Positions 1 through 12,791 of a stretch of 64,000 bases of DNA are shown here, one piece after another; within the stretch, counting starts at the first letter, position 1, and each line of letters starts with the position of its first letter. The stretch comes from Lytechinus pictus (taxonomy: Eukaryota), in the NCBI RefSeq assembly GCF_037042905.1, contig NC_087245.1, positions 28,150,001-28,214,000 of the forward strand. The letters run 5' to 3'. A program made the translations under genes and the position numbers. The notes beneath the pieces are model-generated. The model made no database searches. It was given only the letters and a program-made list of their open reading frames with translations, and was not told the DNA's origin.

Positions 1-293
1 ATATCAGATATCTCTGACCTTAGTTTTATTACAACGATAGGTTTCTAGGTTTCTACTCTTTTTAGATTGTCAAGAAGGTTTTATTTAATTGCATATGCCA
101 CATATGATATTTCTATCAAAATGAAACTAAATCATAAGTGTTTTTTTATTACATGGTAAATTTTTTTTTTAAGGTCGAATTAGAATTGAAAGTTGATCCT
201 TCATGATGTTAATGACCCCACCTTAAAATATGGCCTCCTGTAATCGAATGAAGAAACGTGGCTCAAGAGACGCCGTACCCGGTACTGTTATAT

Positions 294-354
294 TTATGGA
301 GCAGAATATACTCATAACCATGATAACGAGTAATGAGTATATTCTGCTCCATAA
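294..354. repeat. Perfect 22-bp inverted repeat with 17-nt spacer
   Basis: TTATGGAGCAGAATATACTCAT (294-315) and ATGAGTATATTCTGCTCCATAA (333-354). Confidence 0.8.
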
Positions 355-1400
355 GCATATACCAACGTTGGATGCAGCAACGGTTTATTGATATCATATT
401 ATTTAGTAGAAGAAAAAAAACCTATCGACATCGGCAAAAAAATGTGGTGAAAATTTGACTTGCCTCTAAAATGTACCCGATGTAAGAGCAAAATGAAATA
501 ACTCGATAAAGGTGAAAATTCCCCGTAAATTGCTACTGAGTTTGATACCAAATCTATTTTCCAAAGCACGAAAATAGGAAATTGCCCCCAATACAGAAAT
601 TCCTAACTTTGATGTCTTTAGGGAGCGTTTAGCATCGATTTTTTTCAAAGTGAAAAAATGGCTTTCACCACGATGGTGGTGCGACTAGAGCCGACTAAAT
701 TGGGACCGTCGTGATTAATGTACAGAACAAACTGCGACCATGGACCTTAAACTACATGCTACAATCAACTGCTCGCAAGGTCAATCCACCCATCCACCCT
801 CAAAATGAATGAATAAATAAAAAAAAACTAATGAAAATAAATAAATTAGTCGGTCAATGAATATATCAATTCATACATTAATAGATAAATGAATAATTTA
901 AAAATGTAAATTATGAATTAAAAAATGAATGAATAAATGACTAAAATAGAAAACAAGTAAATAAATTCACAAAAACACTGGTAAAAGCAATTAATAAAAT
1001 AAAAGTTACTGATTTTGTAAGCAAAGTGAGCAGACGTGACCAAATAAGATATCAAAACAAGGCAGTAGACAACAAATCAATAGGGAAAGAGAAGACTTCA
1101 ATCCATTTGTTTCTTGTACAGAAGAAGCTTGAGATATGACTCATGACAAGGGCAGTGAAGCCAATTTGGTTTGGAATCCAGGGATCCTAATCGTACAGGA
1201 GATGGAAAAGAAACCCTATTGATATGTTTGTTATATCTCAACTGCCTCTTTTCTTTGTTTTCTCCTCTCTCTAAAGTATAGAACCTTATAAAATCTTGTT
1301 CCTCTCTTTCTGATTTTGATTTGTCGATACGCCCCCTTTTGTGCCTTCTTGTTCCTTCACCCCCCTTCCCCTCCCCCTCTCTCTTTTTCGCTCTGTCTGT

Positions 1401-1431
<31 letters not shown>

Positions 1432-2315
1432 GATTCTCCACTTTCATCCTTCAACATGTCTTTCACGAAGTACGATCCCCATTCAAAATTCGTCGCTGTC
1501 TTATTCTGAAGTAAAAAGGCTGGCGCATGTCTGCGCTGAAGCAGTATTGTGGTCATGATAGAGTATGACTTTTGGAGCACATTTAGTGACGGTTCTGACA
1601 AAAGTGATTGTTCAATAATTAATTGATTTAAATTTCCAGAAACTACTGTGATATTGTAGTTTTTATTCGTAGCTAGGAGTCATAGAATCATTAAAATATG
1701 AAATGAGAAAAATTGAGGAAAAGGTTATTTAATTTGAATTATGCTGATCTTGTTTTCATAAGTTAAGATATATTTTTACTTACTAAACTAAGGATGACCT
1801 TTTGTCAGCACCCAACATCGTATATCCAACTTTTTCGATGGCGTACCGTTTTTTTTTTATTCCTTGATTCACTCTGATGTATTTTGCAAGCCGTATCCTT
1901 TTATTGTAATTCCCCAGCCGCATTTATTGTATATAACTATTTTTATTATCTTTATTAATAAATTAATTGAATTGAACAGGGTTTAAAGAAGTTTGGCGCC
2001 GTCAATTGTCATCGTCCTCTTAGAGAGGTCATTAGAAAATGATATTGTGATGACCTCGTGTTAGTCATGGTTGCAGACGAGGCGCCACTTTTCAGGATAT
2101 GAGAGTTGATTTGCGGCATCTTATACCAGGCCAAAATCTTAAAACAGGGGGTCAAAAATGTGTCATGAACCTTCGATTCAAAGTGGCATATTGAAAGTTT
2201 GTTTCAAGTTCGAAAATATAATTCAGTTTATTTTTCAGAATTAATGCATTTTTGTAATTTCTATTCAAACCATTTTGACTGTATTCTTGTTTTCTTTCTT
2301 TTCTCTGCATTACAG

Positions 2316-3266
2316 ATGGACCTACGTAACACAGATCAGGAACTAACTCGTACCTTATTCACTTTGCAATCCAAGATCCGCGATCTCAAGAATAAAATTA
2401 ACCAAGACGAAGTCGACGACGATGATGACGATTCGGAGAAAACCGATTACCCGTCTAGCTGGTCTTCCAATGGGCATCGAAGTGACAGTTTCTCTACGCC
2501 GAGCTCGCAAAAGACGAAAAGTATTAATTTGATTAAAGAGGAAAATGAAGAGGAGCCGGTCATGGAGGTCAAACAGGTTAAACAACTGCACACAGCGGTC
2601 ACCGTGACTCGCAATGCGGTCAACGAAGTCAAAGCGGAAAATACGGTTAATGTAACCGCGGTAAACGGGAACTCTACGCTGGGAAATGCAATTAATGGCA
2701 CAACAGTTAATCATAATGCAAATGGATACAGTAGAAATACAAATAACAGTTTGGACCAGACAGTAAGGCCAAGTGTGAATGTAAGTCTGAGGAAAAGTGT
2801 TACCTCGGATGGTCTTAAGAACTATAGTAACTTGGAAAAACCTAATCTTCCTCCTCCTCCACCTCCTCCCGTTTCTGCGTCCCCCACCCCGTCGCTGAAG
2901 AGTACGAGTAGCAGTGAAGTGGTGCATCGGTTTGCCATGAAAGAAGAAAGTAAACGTGACTCTATGTCCTCGTCTTCCTATGTTTCGTCATCGTCGTCGT
3001 TCACGTCCTCGTTGGAGGAACTTCGACTTCAGGACGTCCCTAGAGATCTCAGGTCAAGTGGTCGAAGCTTCGATCGCATGACGTTCGAAGAGGAAGAGGA
3101 GGAAGAAGAATCGCATGACGCAGTTAACCAAGATGAGGATAGCTCGATCAAAGATAACCAGATTGACTTTGATGATAATGGCAATGAAGAAACAACGAGT
3201 GATGAAACAACTGAAGCGTCAAAATTGATGGAATCAATATGGGCAGAAGTTGCTTTGTTCTCTTGA
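2316..3266 (+). CDS. Last coding exon of a gene starting upstream of the window; N-terminal coiled-coil motif (FAM167/LURAP1-like) followed by a Ser/Glu/Asn/Pro-rich disordered region
   Basis: Polypyrimidine tract and tacAG acceptor at 2314-2315, then a 317-codon open frame to TGA 3266 with higher GC than the flanks. The exon begins MDLRNTDQELTRTLFTLQSKIRDLK. The ORF-track residues upstream of 2316 are intronic. Confidence 0.8.
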   Translation: MDLRNTDQELTRTLFTLQSKIRDLKNKINQDEVDDDDDDSEKTDYPSSWSSNGHRSDSFSTPSSQKTKSINLIKEENEEEPVMEVKQVKQLHTAVTVTRNAVNEVKAENTVNVTAVNGNSTLGNAINGTTVNHNANGYSRNTNNSLDQTVRPSVNVSLRKSVTSDGLKNYSNLEKPNLPPPPPPPVSASPTPSLKSTSSSEVVHRFAMKEESKRDSMSSSSYVSSSSSFTSSLEELRLQDVPRDLRSSGRSFDRMTFEEEEEEEESHDAVNQDEDSSIKDNQIDFDDNGNEETTSDETTEASKLMESIWAEVALFS

Positions 3267-3893
3267 TTTTTGTTTGTTACCAAGAAACATTGTCAAAATA
3301 CGTTTGTGAACATGACGAAAAGATGAGCCTTCGGACAACTTATTAAGAGTCCATAGAGCGAGACGGATCAAACATTTATCAACATTGATACGATCAGCAT
3401 CGTGCTGCTATACATGTATCTTACTTCCATCACAATTGTCTTCATTTTGTATGGGCTGGTGATTTTGTAGCAAGGATCTTGGTCATTTCTGCATTAAAGA
3501 GTGAGCAGTTCTTCCTAGAAAGACACTTCGTTTCTCTGTCATTAATAAGGAAAAGAATGCATTGAAGACATGGTGATTCGAAAAGTGTAAGGTATTAACA
3601 TGGACATCAGACTGTCCTCGGAGACCGGAGTGTTCTTAATGTCAGAATACCGGTCAAAGTCGATGTTGTCTGGCCCCATACAACATGGGAGAATAAATTT
3701 CATCTTTCGAAATCTAAATGTCGCACAACTATTAATGCTTTCACTAATGACCAAGAAATTATGATAATATTTCAGCCATTATAGTACAGCCATTGACAGT
3801 GGTATGCATATTATTACTAGTATCTTTATTCTATTTCTATGGTCCAGTTTTAAACAAAAATTGATCAAAATAAAAACTCAAAGGCTGGACCTG

Positions 3894-4030
3894 AGGAGCA
3901 TTTTGTGAAGCAGGTTGTCCATGGTTTTCACTGACAGTTTTGCTCTGAGCCAATCAGATGGAAGGATTTCCGTAGCTTATATCCAATAGTCAATCAGAAT
4001 CACAGATTATTTGTTTCGTGAAATGCTCCC
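3894..4030. mobile_element. Short Harbinger-like MITE
   Basis: TIRs (A/G)GGAGCATTT / AAATGCTCCC flanked by CWG; a related copy in the opposite orientation lies at ~26092-26230. Confidence 0.5.
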
Positions 4031-5920
4031 CAGAAATATGTATACCTTCAAAATGTTTTGTTGTGTATGGCACAGGCCGGTCTTTATGAAATTTGCTACA
4101 TGGAGAAGTATATCTTGTATTTATCTAGCTATAGTGTGTGAATCCTACAAATATCAAAGATTTGAAAAAGAGTGCACCAAATGCTTTTGGTCGTATATCG
4201 AGGGTGAGATCGTCATTATAGCCCACCCTTTATTCAAGATTATCATTTACATGTAGACAACTCAATATATTCTAAAGGTGTTGAATATATTGAATGTTCA
4301 GTTTATTTAATTTTTGATGACGTTATTTCATTGAAATTTACTTTGGATAGAGAAAATTTCTTATTAATACCGAACAGTACAGTTTGAATGACTATTACCT
4401 TAATGCATTAAATTTAAATTGTTATTTTGAGATGGTGTTGAGCATGCAGTAATTGTGTTTCTCTGGACTAGTGACTTGTTAACCTATATCAGTAACTTTT
4501 GAAGTCTTTTAAGTTTATTTTTAGTCCGATTTTCTCGAAAAAGCCTCAGGTGATATGTACCGTCCCGTCCAAACAAAAGGGCGTGGATGTTCCCTTCTTA
4601 CCAGGAAATCAATCGACTCATTAACCACTGAAAACTTTCCAACAAGCTCATTGCACTCCAATCTGGAGTACTTGAATTTGCAGTGACGCGTGGCGAGTTT
4701 TGGTTGCATGTTCGTACAGACTCGGGGAGGAGACTCTATTTTGGGATTGATGGGATTAGCTTAGCCATTAGTCGTCTAATGTAGAACTTCCCATGTCTTC
4801 TCCATTTCAAGTCAACTCAAGGGATATCTAATCGCTGGCTCATCGACGAGCTATCTTCCTCCGCGTCCACGTGCATGCTTTCCTGCAATCGCCAATTCAT
4901 TTCTCGATGTTTCATAGTGTTGTCATTAATCAAGAATGTTCAATTCGAGATTGCTCATTTTCCATCTGAACTGAAAAGATGCAAATAATCTCATTATTTA
5001 AAGATTAGATTGTGACTATATGACCCTTAGATTATGGAGAATTCCTTATAAGTCTGTGACATAGTCTGACATCACATTTTTTCCCTGTTCTATTTTTACG
5101 TTGAAGTGTCGTCTGCCTTTCTGTCTTGATACTAAAATTTCCAATTATTTTGACTAATCTTATGGATGAGTTGTTAGATTTGAACTGGTTGTCAGTGTTT
5201 ATCTAATGCTAACTCTGTTGTGTTGCAACGTTGTTATTAGTGCAATAGTCGAAGGGGGAAAATGAAACATTAGTGAGCCATAAATGATATGTCAAAATAT
5301 GCTAATTTCTTTAACTTGTGATTTGCGAAAATCATCAAAATTATGCTCATGTTTCATATCATGTTTATATGTTGCAATTCACTTGTCTTTGTCACGTTGT
5401 ATGCATGACTATATTGGCGAAGATTCAGGTAAAACATATAGCATGTATAGAAATGATGTTTATATAATTATGTTCAGTACTCATGTAAATATAGAGATGA
5501 ATGCCTTAATCATACTTTGAAGAACTATGAATAGATATTCACTAACACACCATTATATTAAGATAACCAAATATGAAGATACAGCTATATTACATTATAA
5601 TGTTCTTCATTATTTTTTCCATCAGTGCAGTATATGAAATATTGCAATGAAAATATTATATATATGTTTATTCATATAAGGGGGAAATTAATTTCTGCAA
5701 AGCCAGAAACGCGTGAAATTTTTTTCGTATTTTTCTTTCCTGAGAGAATATTAAAATCTGGAAAATCTTAGTAATATGATTATTCCCCTCGTTTTGGCGT
5801 ACGTTTTAGTCCTATACTCAACTTTGATTTACCCTGGAACTGCCATGTTAGATAAAGTATAGGCTATTGTCTTATTTAGTCAATGCTGTAGCTATGGGAG
5901 GTAAAGCAACATAACGAGCT

Positions 5921-6530
5921 TTAAAGATCAAGTCCACCCCAGGAAAATGCTGACTTGAATAAATAGAGAAAAATTGAACTAGCATAGTGCTGAAAATTTC
6001 ATCAAAATCGGATGTAAAATAAAAAAGTTATGACATTTCAAAGTTTCGCTTATTTTTAACAAAATAGTTATATGAACGAGCCAGTCACATCCAAATGAGA
6101 GAGTCGATGATGTCACTCACTCACTATTTCTTTTGTTTTTTATTGTTTGAATTATACAATATTTCATTTTTTATAGATTTGACAATAAAGACCAACTTGA
6201 CTGAACCATATAGTATTAAACAATGCTAATTCCACAAGTTCAGGGAGGAATCAATCGTTGTTTCACTTGACAATGAGGAGAAAATGAGAATATTTCATAT
6301 TTTAAATAATAAAATACAAAAGAAATAGTGAGTGGATGACATCATCAGTCTCCTCATTTGCATACCAGCCAGGATGTGCATATAACTGTTTTGTGAAATT
6401 AAGCGAAACTTTAAAATGTCATAACTTTCTTATTTTACATCCGATTTTGATGAAATTTTCAGTGTTTTGCTTGTTGGATTTTTCTCTTTTTATTCAAATC
6501 AACTTTTTGTTGGGGTGGACTTGTCCTTTA
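5921..6530. mobile_element. Non-autonomous TTAA-target DNA transposon (Kolobok-like MITE)
   Basis: TTAA-AG..CAAGTCCACCCCA ... TGGGGTGGACTTGTCCT-TTA; long imperfect TIRs; second copy at 58388-59002. Confidence 0.75.
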
Positions 6531-8191
6531 TTAACGAATGTTAATATTGATATTGGGTATGCTTGTGTTTTTGTAAATCTGCACGATTGTTTGGTTAATC
6601 TAATGATTTTAAAACATATCAATAACAACGCGCACAAGATCAACAAAATGAAAAGTCGAAAGAATTGTGAATTAGAAGAGAACAACATCGTGAATACTGG
6701 CTGGTTCCAGGAAAGTATTTATCTGTTTCTGTTTATTATTTTAATCAAATGTAATCAACCATGAGATATTATATTTGCATTTCTATACCACCTAGCCTAT
6801 CCGTGTCAAATGATATTTCGTTTGTGAAAAGGAAATCGAATGGTGGTGCGATCCCCGATATTCTTTTCATACTTCTTTCTTTAATCTATACTGAGAAAGA
6901 CGTGAGGGTATGTCTTATATAATTAGCCCCTTATGTTTACAATAGCATTGGTCTACATTTTATGTTTGAATAGTGGACCAGAAGAATCATCTATGAAAAA
7001 ATGATACGTTTTCTTTTTTTTTCTTTACTTTGATAAAGAAACTGAAAATAATAAAATGACTATATAGTAAAAAAAAATGAAACTCCGGTGTTTTAGTTTT
7101 CATTTAATGGCTCATATTTTTGTAATCACCCCCCCCCCCCCCACATCTACCCCCTTCCCCGCCCTTCGGGTCACTCAAAAATGATTCCAGACTCGGGCTT
7201 CGCTCAATATTTGCTTGTGACTAATGCACTCCTTGAAAAATATTAAAGTTAAGTGTTTGTAATAGAAACTATGCTCCATAATAATTTATAAGTCATACAG
7301 TTGTATTTGGTTATTGGAAGAGGGGGTAGTATTAATTAATTTTATTTCTTTGTATCTTTTCTACTTCAAGCAAAGTGTAAAGGGACTTCCTCAAAATACT
7401 TCTTCGACGGTCACAAAAACATAATCGTTGTCTACTTTGCATTGTAAAAATATACCTAATTCATAAATTTTGTTAGGGATACGTTTGAAGGAAAATTAAT
7501 TGTTATGAATTATATACCTGTATCATCTTTCATCAAACTCACCCCAACCCCCCCCCCCCCCCATTGGTTCTGCTATACTCCCTGACAAGGCACATGAAAT
7601 ATAATTTTGAATAACAAATAAAATTCATCATTAGTTTCAATTTGTTGGGTGTGATTTGGTTGAAGAAAAAAAATGTGTGTCCATGATTGTGAAAACATTA
7701 ATTGTGAATTCATTAAATACAAGTGAGTGAGGAGAATATGAAATGCGGGGAAATTGTTTCGTTGGCATAATTTGAAAGTACCGATGTTTAGTGCAAGAAT
7801 TGTGAATGATGTAGACTATCAATGAATATTCTATAGGCCGACAAATGGTAAAATGTTACTGACACCCGCTTAGTATTCTTCGCCCCCCCCCCCCCCCCCA
7901 ATGTCTAATCCTCGTTCATAATTTTTACAACCATTTGTTTTATAACACCGCTTAGTCTAAATCATAATGATGAACTGCCAGTTTGTGAACCAAATTTTCA
8001 TTTGGCAAAATGCAAAATAATGAGTTGACGACGTGGAAATTAGACCTTGGAATAACACTAATAACAGATAGACCAGAACAATGTAAATTACACCGACTAG
8101 GATGTTGACCAAATGGCCTAGTCCATGTGGTGTTATACAATCTAAGAATTTAGACCAAATGCCAATAGACCTAGTGAAAATATAAACCATA

Positions 8192-8362
8192 CACTCTTAA
8201 AATGTTGGGCAACATACTGTCCACACAACAATTGGTTTAAAAATTTATCCGACTTTGGGTAGTTTTCACCCAAAGCAAACATTGTTTTAAAACTACCCAG
8301 AATTGAATAAAGTTTTAACCAATTATTGTGTGGACAGTATGTTGCCCAATATTTTAAGAGTG
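8192..8362. mobile_element. Palindromic MITE with CACT termini and TA flanks (EnSpm/CACTA-like)
   Basis: CACTCTTAAAATGTTGGGCAACATACTGTCCACACAA matches its reverse complement at 8325-8362. Confidence 0.65.
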
Positions 8363-8792
8363 TATGGTTTATTTTCACTAGGTGTGGAGGGTGTGGAGAT
8401 GTACATGTTGTATACCACTCTCTTTCCCCCAAAACAAGTTTTTTTAGGCATGGTGATGGCGCTCTGTTTTTGTATGTGTTCATTTAGATTGATCGGTTTC
8501 GGATGCATTTGTCTACTTGCAAAAAAGTAAACTTCATAATAAAAAAATGACTTGACCGTGATGGAATAAAGAATGGGGGAGGTCAATAAACTGGAGCGAA
8601 AAGGGGGACACAAAGAGCTTTCTTTGAAAAAAATTGCTAAACCCAACTTTATTGTCTGGTCTGTTGATCACTATAGTGGTCTATAGGTCTATTTCGTGGG
8701 CAAGTGCGGCACCATGGTATTTTGCTTTTAATTTGGGAGGGCAAAATTACCTTTTTTTAACAAATTGACTGAATGACAGGGTTAATACTAGA

Positions 8793-8954
8793 CAGGGGCC
8801 GCGGAACCGGGGGGGGGGCTGGGGGGCTTCAGCCCCCCCCCCCCCCACCTTTTTTCAAAACCGTGTACAAAAACGTAAAAATGACCATATGATTGTGATT
8901 TTTAGCATGGTCAGCCCCCCCCCCCCCACTTTGAAAACCGTTCCGCGGCCCCTG
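8793..8954. mobile_element. GC-rich MITE, CAGGGGCCGCGG termini, 5-bp TSD (hAT5-like), copy 1
   Basis: TIR CAGGGGCCGCGGAAC / GTTCCGCGGCCCCTG; TSD CTAGA. Confidence 0.85.
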
Positions 8955-9875
8955 CTAGAGTCCCTCTTTTCAATGCTTTTCTTTTTTCTCTTCTCTTCAT
9001 TCTATTTCTTCTCTCTTCTTAATTCTCATCCCTTTCATCTCTTTTCATTTGATGTGTTCCCTTGGGAGAGAGTTTTTTCTAATGTCAAACGAAGAAAATC
9101 ATCCTTCAACCATCAATATTATGGAAGTGAGGTTATGGGAAATTTGACAGTCGGCAACACGGTTGACTTCTTTTAAGCGTTTTTATTCAAAGTTGGCTTT
9201 CTGAAACCTTGACTTTGAATAAAAGGTTTCCTCAGTGGTTAGCTAATTGTTGGTGTTTTTTTTTTTTAAGATAACCTAACATCGGGATAGTTTTCCTCTT
9301 GGAATAAGGCACGAATCTTGATTGGAGCAAGGAAATCCAAAACCATATGCCTCGTTTCTACCCCCCCCCCCTCCTCTCTTCTTTTTACTCCCGTGCACTT
9401 TGATTAGATTTGATAAAGGAGTATGCAGTTGAATAATTATCTCAAACGAGTAAAATATCATTTTGAGCAGTATCAAAATGGAAGGGCACCATTCAGAAAG
9501 AAAAGAAAAACAAGATCTAAAATATTGGGATTTTGGTGCCAAATTTACCATTCAGGGATTTTCCCGTGCAAGGATTAACCCATTAGATCCAGGCACTTTG
9601 ATAAATTGAATCTATTGAACTTGAAGTATAACATTGGACTTAGCAAAACACTCTATTTCCTCACCACTGGATGAATAGTAAAGAAGTTATGGTATTTTTT
9701 AGTGTTTCCATTATTTAGGTGAAAAAGTTCTCATCATTGATGCGAACTGATAATGTCTTTGTGTTCTTTCCATCTTCTCTTTCCCTTTCGTTTCGTGATT
9801 TTCGTTCTATTTTTTTTTATTCTTCGATTTGTTAGCTCAGCGAAAGTAAATGACTTTGTTGATTATGCTTGAGAC

Positions 9876-11991
9876 CATGGGCAGAAATCCCAGGGGGGAC
9901 AGGGGGACGTGTCCCCCCTACCAAAAATAGTAGGGGGGACACAATATCAAATGTCCCCCCTAATATTTTTGGTCTTTTATGATGGAGAAAAATGCATCAT
10001 TCACATTCGAAATAATACATGTATTTTGGACTAAATGACCTTACATTTTGGGTGAAAACCTTCTTTTTTTTTGGGGGGGGGGGGGCTTGTCAAATTTTCC
10101 AAAGTGACTAGAATAAGATGAGGGGAAGACTTGGAAAATAAAAATAATCTTTCATGTCACTATATGAAATTTTCGCTCGCGCTTCGCGCTCGCATTGCCT
10201 GTCAGGTGATTTTTCAATATGGAGCTTAAATATCAAGTTTGGAAGTCATTATACATTTCACCTCGGAAATCGAACTTTCATTATTTTGTGTGATTTACAA
10301 ACTGATTTTTAAAAGGTGCTCTGTAAAAGTGACAGCTTCATGGTCTGAATATTGACATTTTCTGCTCGCACTGAGCGCTCGCAAATTTCGATTTATTAAG
10401 TACCTATTATTTTTGTGTATTCCATTTAGTTTGAAAAAAATCAAGTCTGATTGTCAAAACGTAACAGATAGCGCTGGCTACTCGCTCGCATTTTAATTGG
10501 CGATTTATGTATGTCTCAATATTGATTTTCATGACAGTTTATCAAAGATTTTGGCTCGCGATTTGCGCTCGCATTAATGGTAAAATTTTGACTGATGCAT
10601 TCTATTCATAATTACAAAATTGCTTGAAATGTCCAGTTTTCAGGCCATAATATCATCAGATTTCTCGCCCTCATTAGGCATTAATAAATAATATATTGAT
10701 AATTTAACGATTAAATTGTCCCTTTTGTTTCATCTCGCGCTTAGCAAGAGGAATAGGAAGATAGTCATCATTTTCATATGATATGTCCCAAGGATGTCCC
10801 GGTCCTATGTCAAAACTCAAATAACAATGAAAAATATCAGCTATTTATTGAGTGCGATCCATATCCACCTCACAATTTTCCTACAAAGTGCTTGAAATAT
10901 AGAGCTGAAATTGACTCTTTTTCAGATTTTTCATGATAAAAGAGGTGTAGAATGCCTAGACTCTAGGTCTAAATCTGAAACACGCGCATGTTTATTCAGA
11001 TATTCAAGTTGTTCTCTATTTAAATCATTATCCAGTTTCAGATCACAATATCAAAAAATTTCTGCTCGCGCTTTGTGCTCGCATTATTAATGTAGAAAGA
11101 TCCCCTATTACTCATCCTTTTCATGATTTACAAAACATGAATAGAGTGTCCCGTTTTTAGGTCTAAATCTCGAATTTTTCAGCTCGCGATTCGCGCTAGC
11201 ATTATTTGATTGTTGAAATATGTAACGTCTTTGAACATGCATGCTAAGTGCAAGCAGTCCTTAACAAGTACCTTTTCGATCAGTTCAAATTAAAAAAAAA
11301 CATTTTATGGCTGCACTTTGCACTCGCATTATTAATGTAAGGACCGGGTGTAAGAAAGGCCCCCAATTACTCATCCTTTTCATGATTTACAAAACATGAA
11401 TAGAGTGTCTCGTTCTTAGGTCTAAATCTCAAAATTTTCCCCTCGCGCTTCGCGTTCGCATCAATTGTTTAGTTATATACCTATTTAATGTTTCAGTTAC
11501 AAAAAGTGCTTAGAATTTCTATTCTTTAGGCAAAAATTTAAGCTCGCGCTTTGCGCTCGCATTATTTGATTGTTGAAATATGTAACGTATTCATGGCTAA
11601 CCATTTCCATCAGTATGCTCGCACTTCGCGTTCGAAGTAATTATTTAGTTCCATATACATCTTTTTCAGGATAACAAACATTGCCCAGAATGTTCAAATT
11701 TTAAGAAAAAATACATAAAATTTTCCCCCAAAAAAAAAAAATTTGCTCGCGCTTCGCGCTCGCATTTTATAGATAAGGATTATGATATTATATAGTTATG
11801 TTGAATTATAAGAATAAAGCTAAAAAGTGGCCATGAGGACTACTCCTTCAATGAAACAAACAAAAATCATCTTCGAGCGGCCGATCGGGGATTAACATAT
11901 AGCTGAGAAAAAAAATCGCCCCCCCCCCATTGGCGAAGGCTGGATCCGCCCCTGTTGTCCCGCTACCTATCGGGACAGATTTCCGCCCGTG
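9876..11991. mobile_element. Non-autonomous hAT element (~2.1 kb) with internal CTCGCGCTTCGCGCTCGCA-type tandem repeats
   Basis: TIR CATGGGCAGAAATC / GATTTCCGCCCGTG; 8-bp TSD CTTGAGAC (9868-9875, 11992-11999). Confidence 0.85.
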
Positions 11992-12599
11992 CTTGAGACC
12001 ATCAGATCATTACAGAACTATTATAGTTCATTTCGTTACATACCGGTAAGTAATGATTGCTGAAATAAGATGACAATTTCTAAAAGATTGTATATTATTT
12101 TTCATATAATAAAATAGGAGACAACGCGGCATAATAAGCTCATATCGTGAAGAAAAAAAAAACGCATTTTCATAATTATGACGCCATGTATAGGCAAAAT
12201 ATCTGACATTAGATGATGGACACGAAATGAGGCTGTAACAAGTATAATGCGATGTTTTCGCTATTTTTCATCAAATTTGGTGGAATATTCTCTGCTTTGC
12301 TTATATTCAACTTTACTCATCTTATTATCACTTCCTCATCCCTCATGACCCTCCATCTAATATCCCGAGTGTTGCTATTTTCTGGTTATTGAACTACTGG
12401 CGATGATAGGAGGGAAGGGGGTAATAATTAAACCGTTCGCAAAATCAGATCTCGTAGGATCAAAAATGAAATACCCAATACAATGATTACGTAATGGAAC
12501 AAAAAGAAAAAGCCGTCCGCCGTCCTTTTGTTTGGTTCCAACTCCAAGATAAAAATCCCTTGTACAAGAAGTACAAAATACTATAGGGTGCGGTCTTGT

Positions 12600-12612
12600 G
12601 TTATATATACTC
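12600..12612 (+). promoter_or_regulatory. Candidate TATA box of the HYR gene
   Basis: TTATATATA lies ~110 nt upstream of the putative start ATG at 12716. Confidence 0.3.
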
Positions 12613-12715
12613 GCAATACTCTATCAACGCGCTATCACACTCAACAGAAGAGGAATGTGAATTATGATCCGGCATGTATATATTTTCAATAACGAGTAGA
12701 AAATATATATAAACA

Positions 12716-12791
12716 ATGTATTATATGGGAGATCATAAACGTCTGCTTGCTCTGTTGTGTTTATTTCAAGTTCATCGTGTCTTCACACAAG
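12716..12791 (+). CDS. HYR gene exon 1: signal peptide MYYMGDHKRLLALLCLFQVHRVFTQ
   Basis: ATG in AAACAATG context; basic then hydrophobic segment; strong phase-1 donor AAG|GTAAGC matching the phase of exon 2. Confidence 0.65.

Noticed and set aside
1098..1601. 167-aa and overlapping ORFs
   Set aside because: They arise from a CT/GA microsatellite and low-complexity sequence.
2199..2315. N-terminal 39 aa of the 355-aa ORF
   Set aside because: Intronic polypyrimidine tract ending in an AG acceptor.
2355..3283. Minus-strand ORFs over gene 1
   Set aside because: Antisense shadows of the + strand exon.
6336..6764. 142-aa ORF
   Set aside because: Runs through a MITE terminus and AT-rich DNA; no protein-like features.
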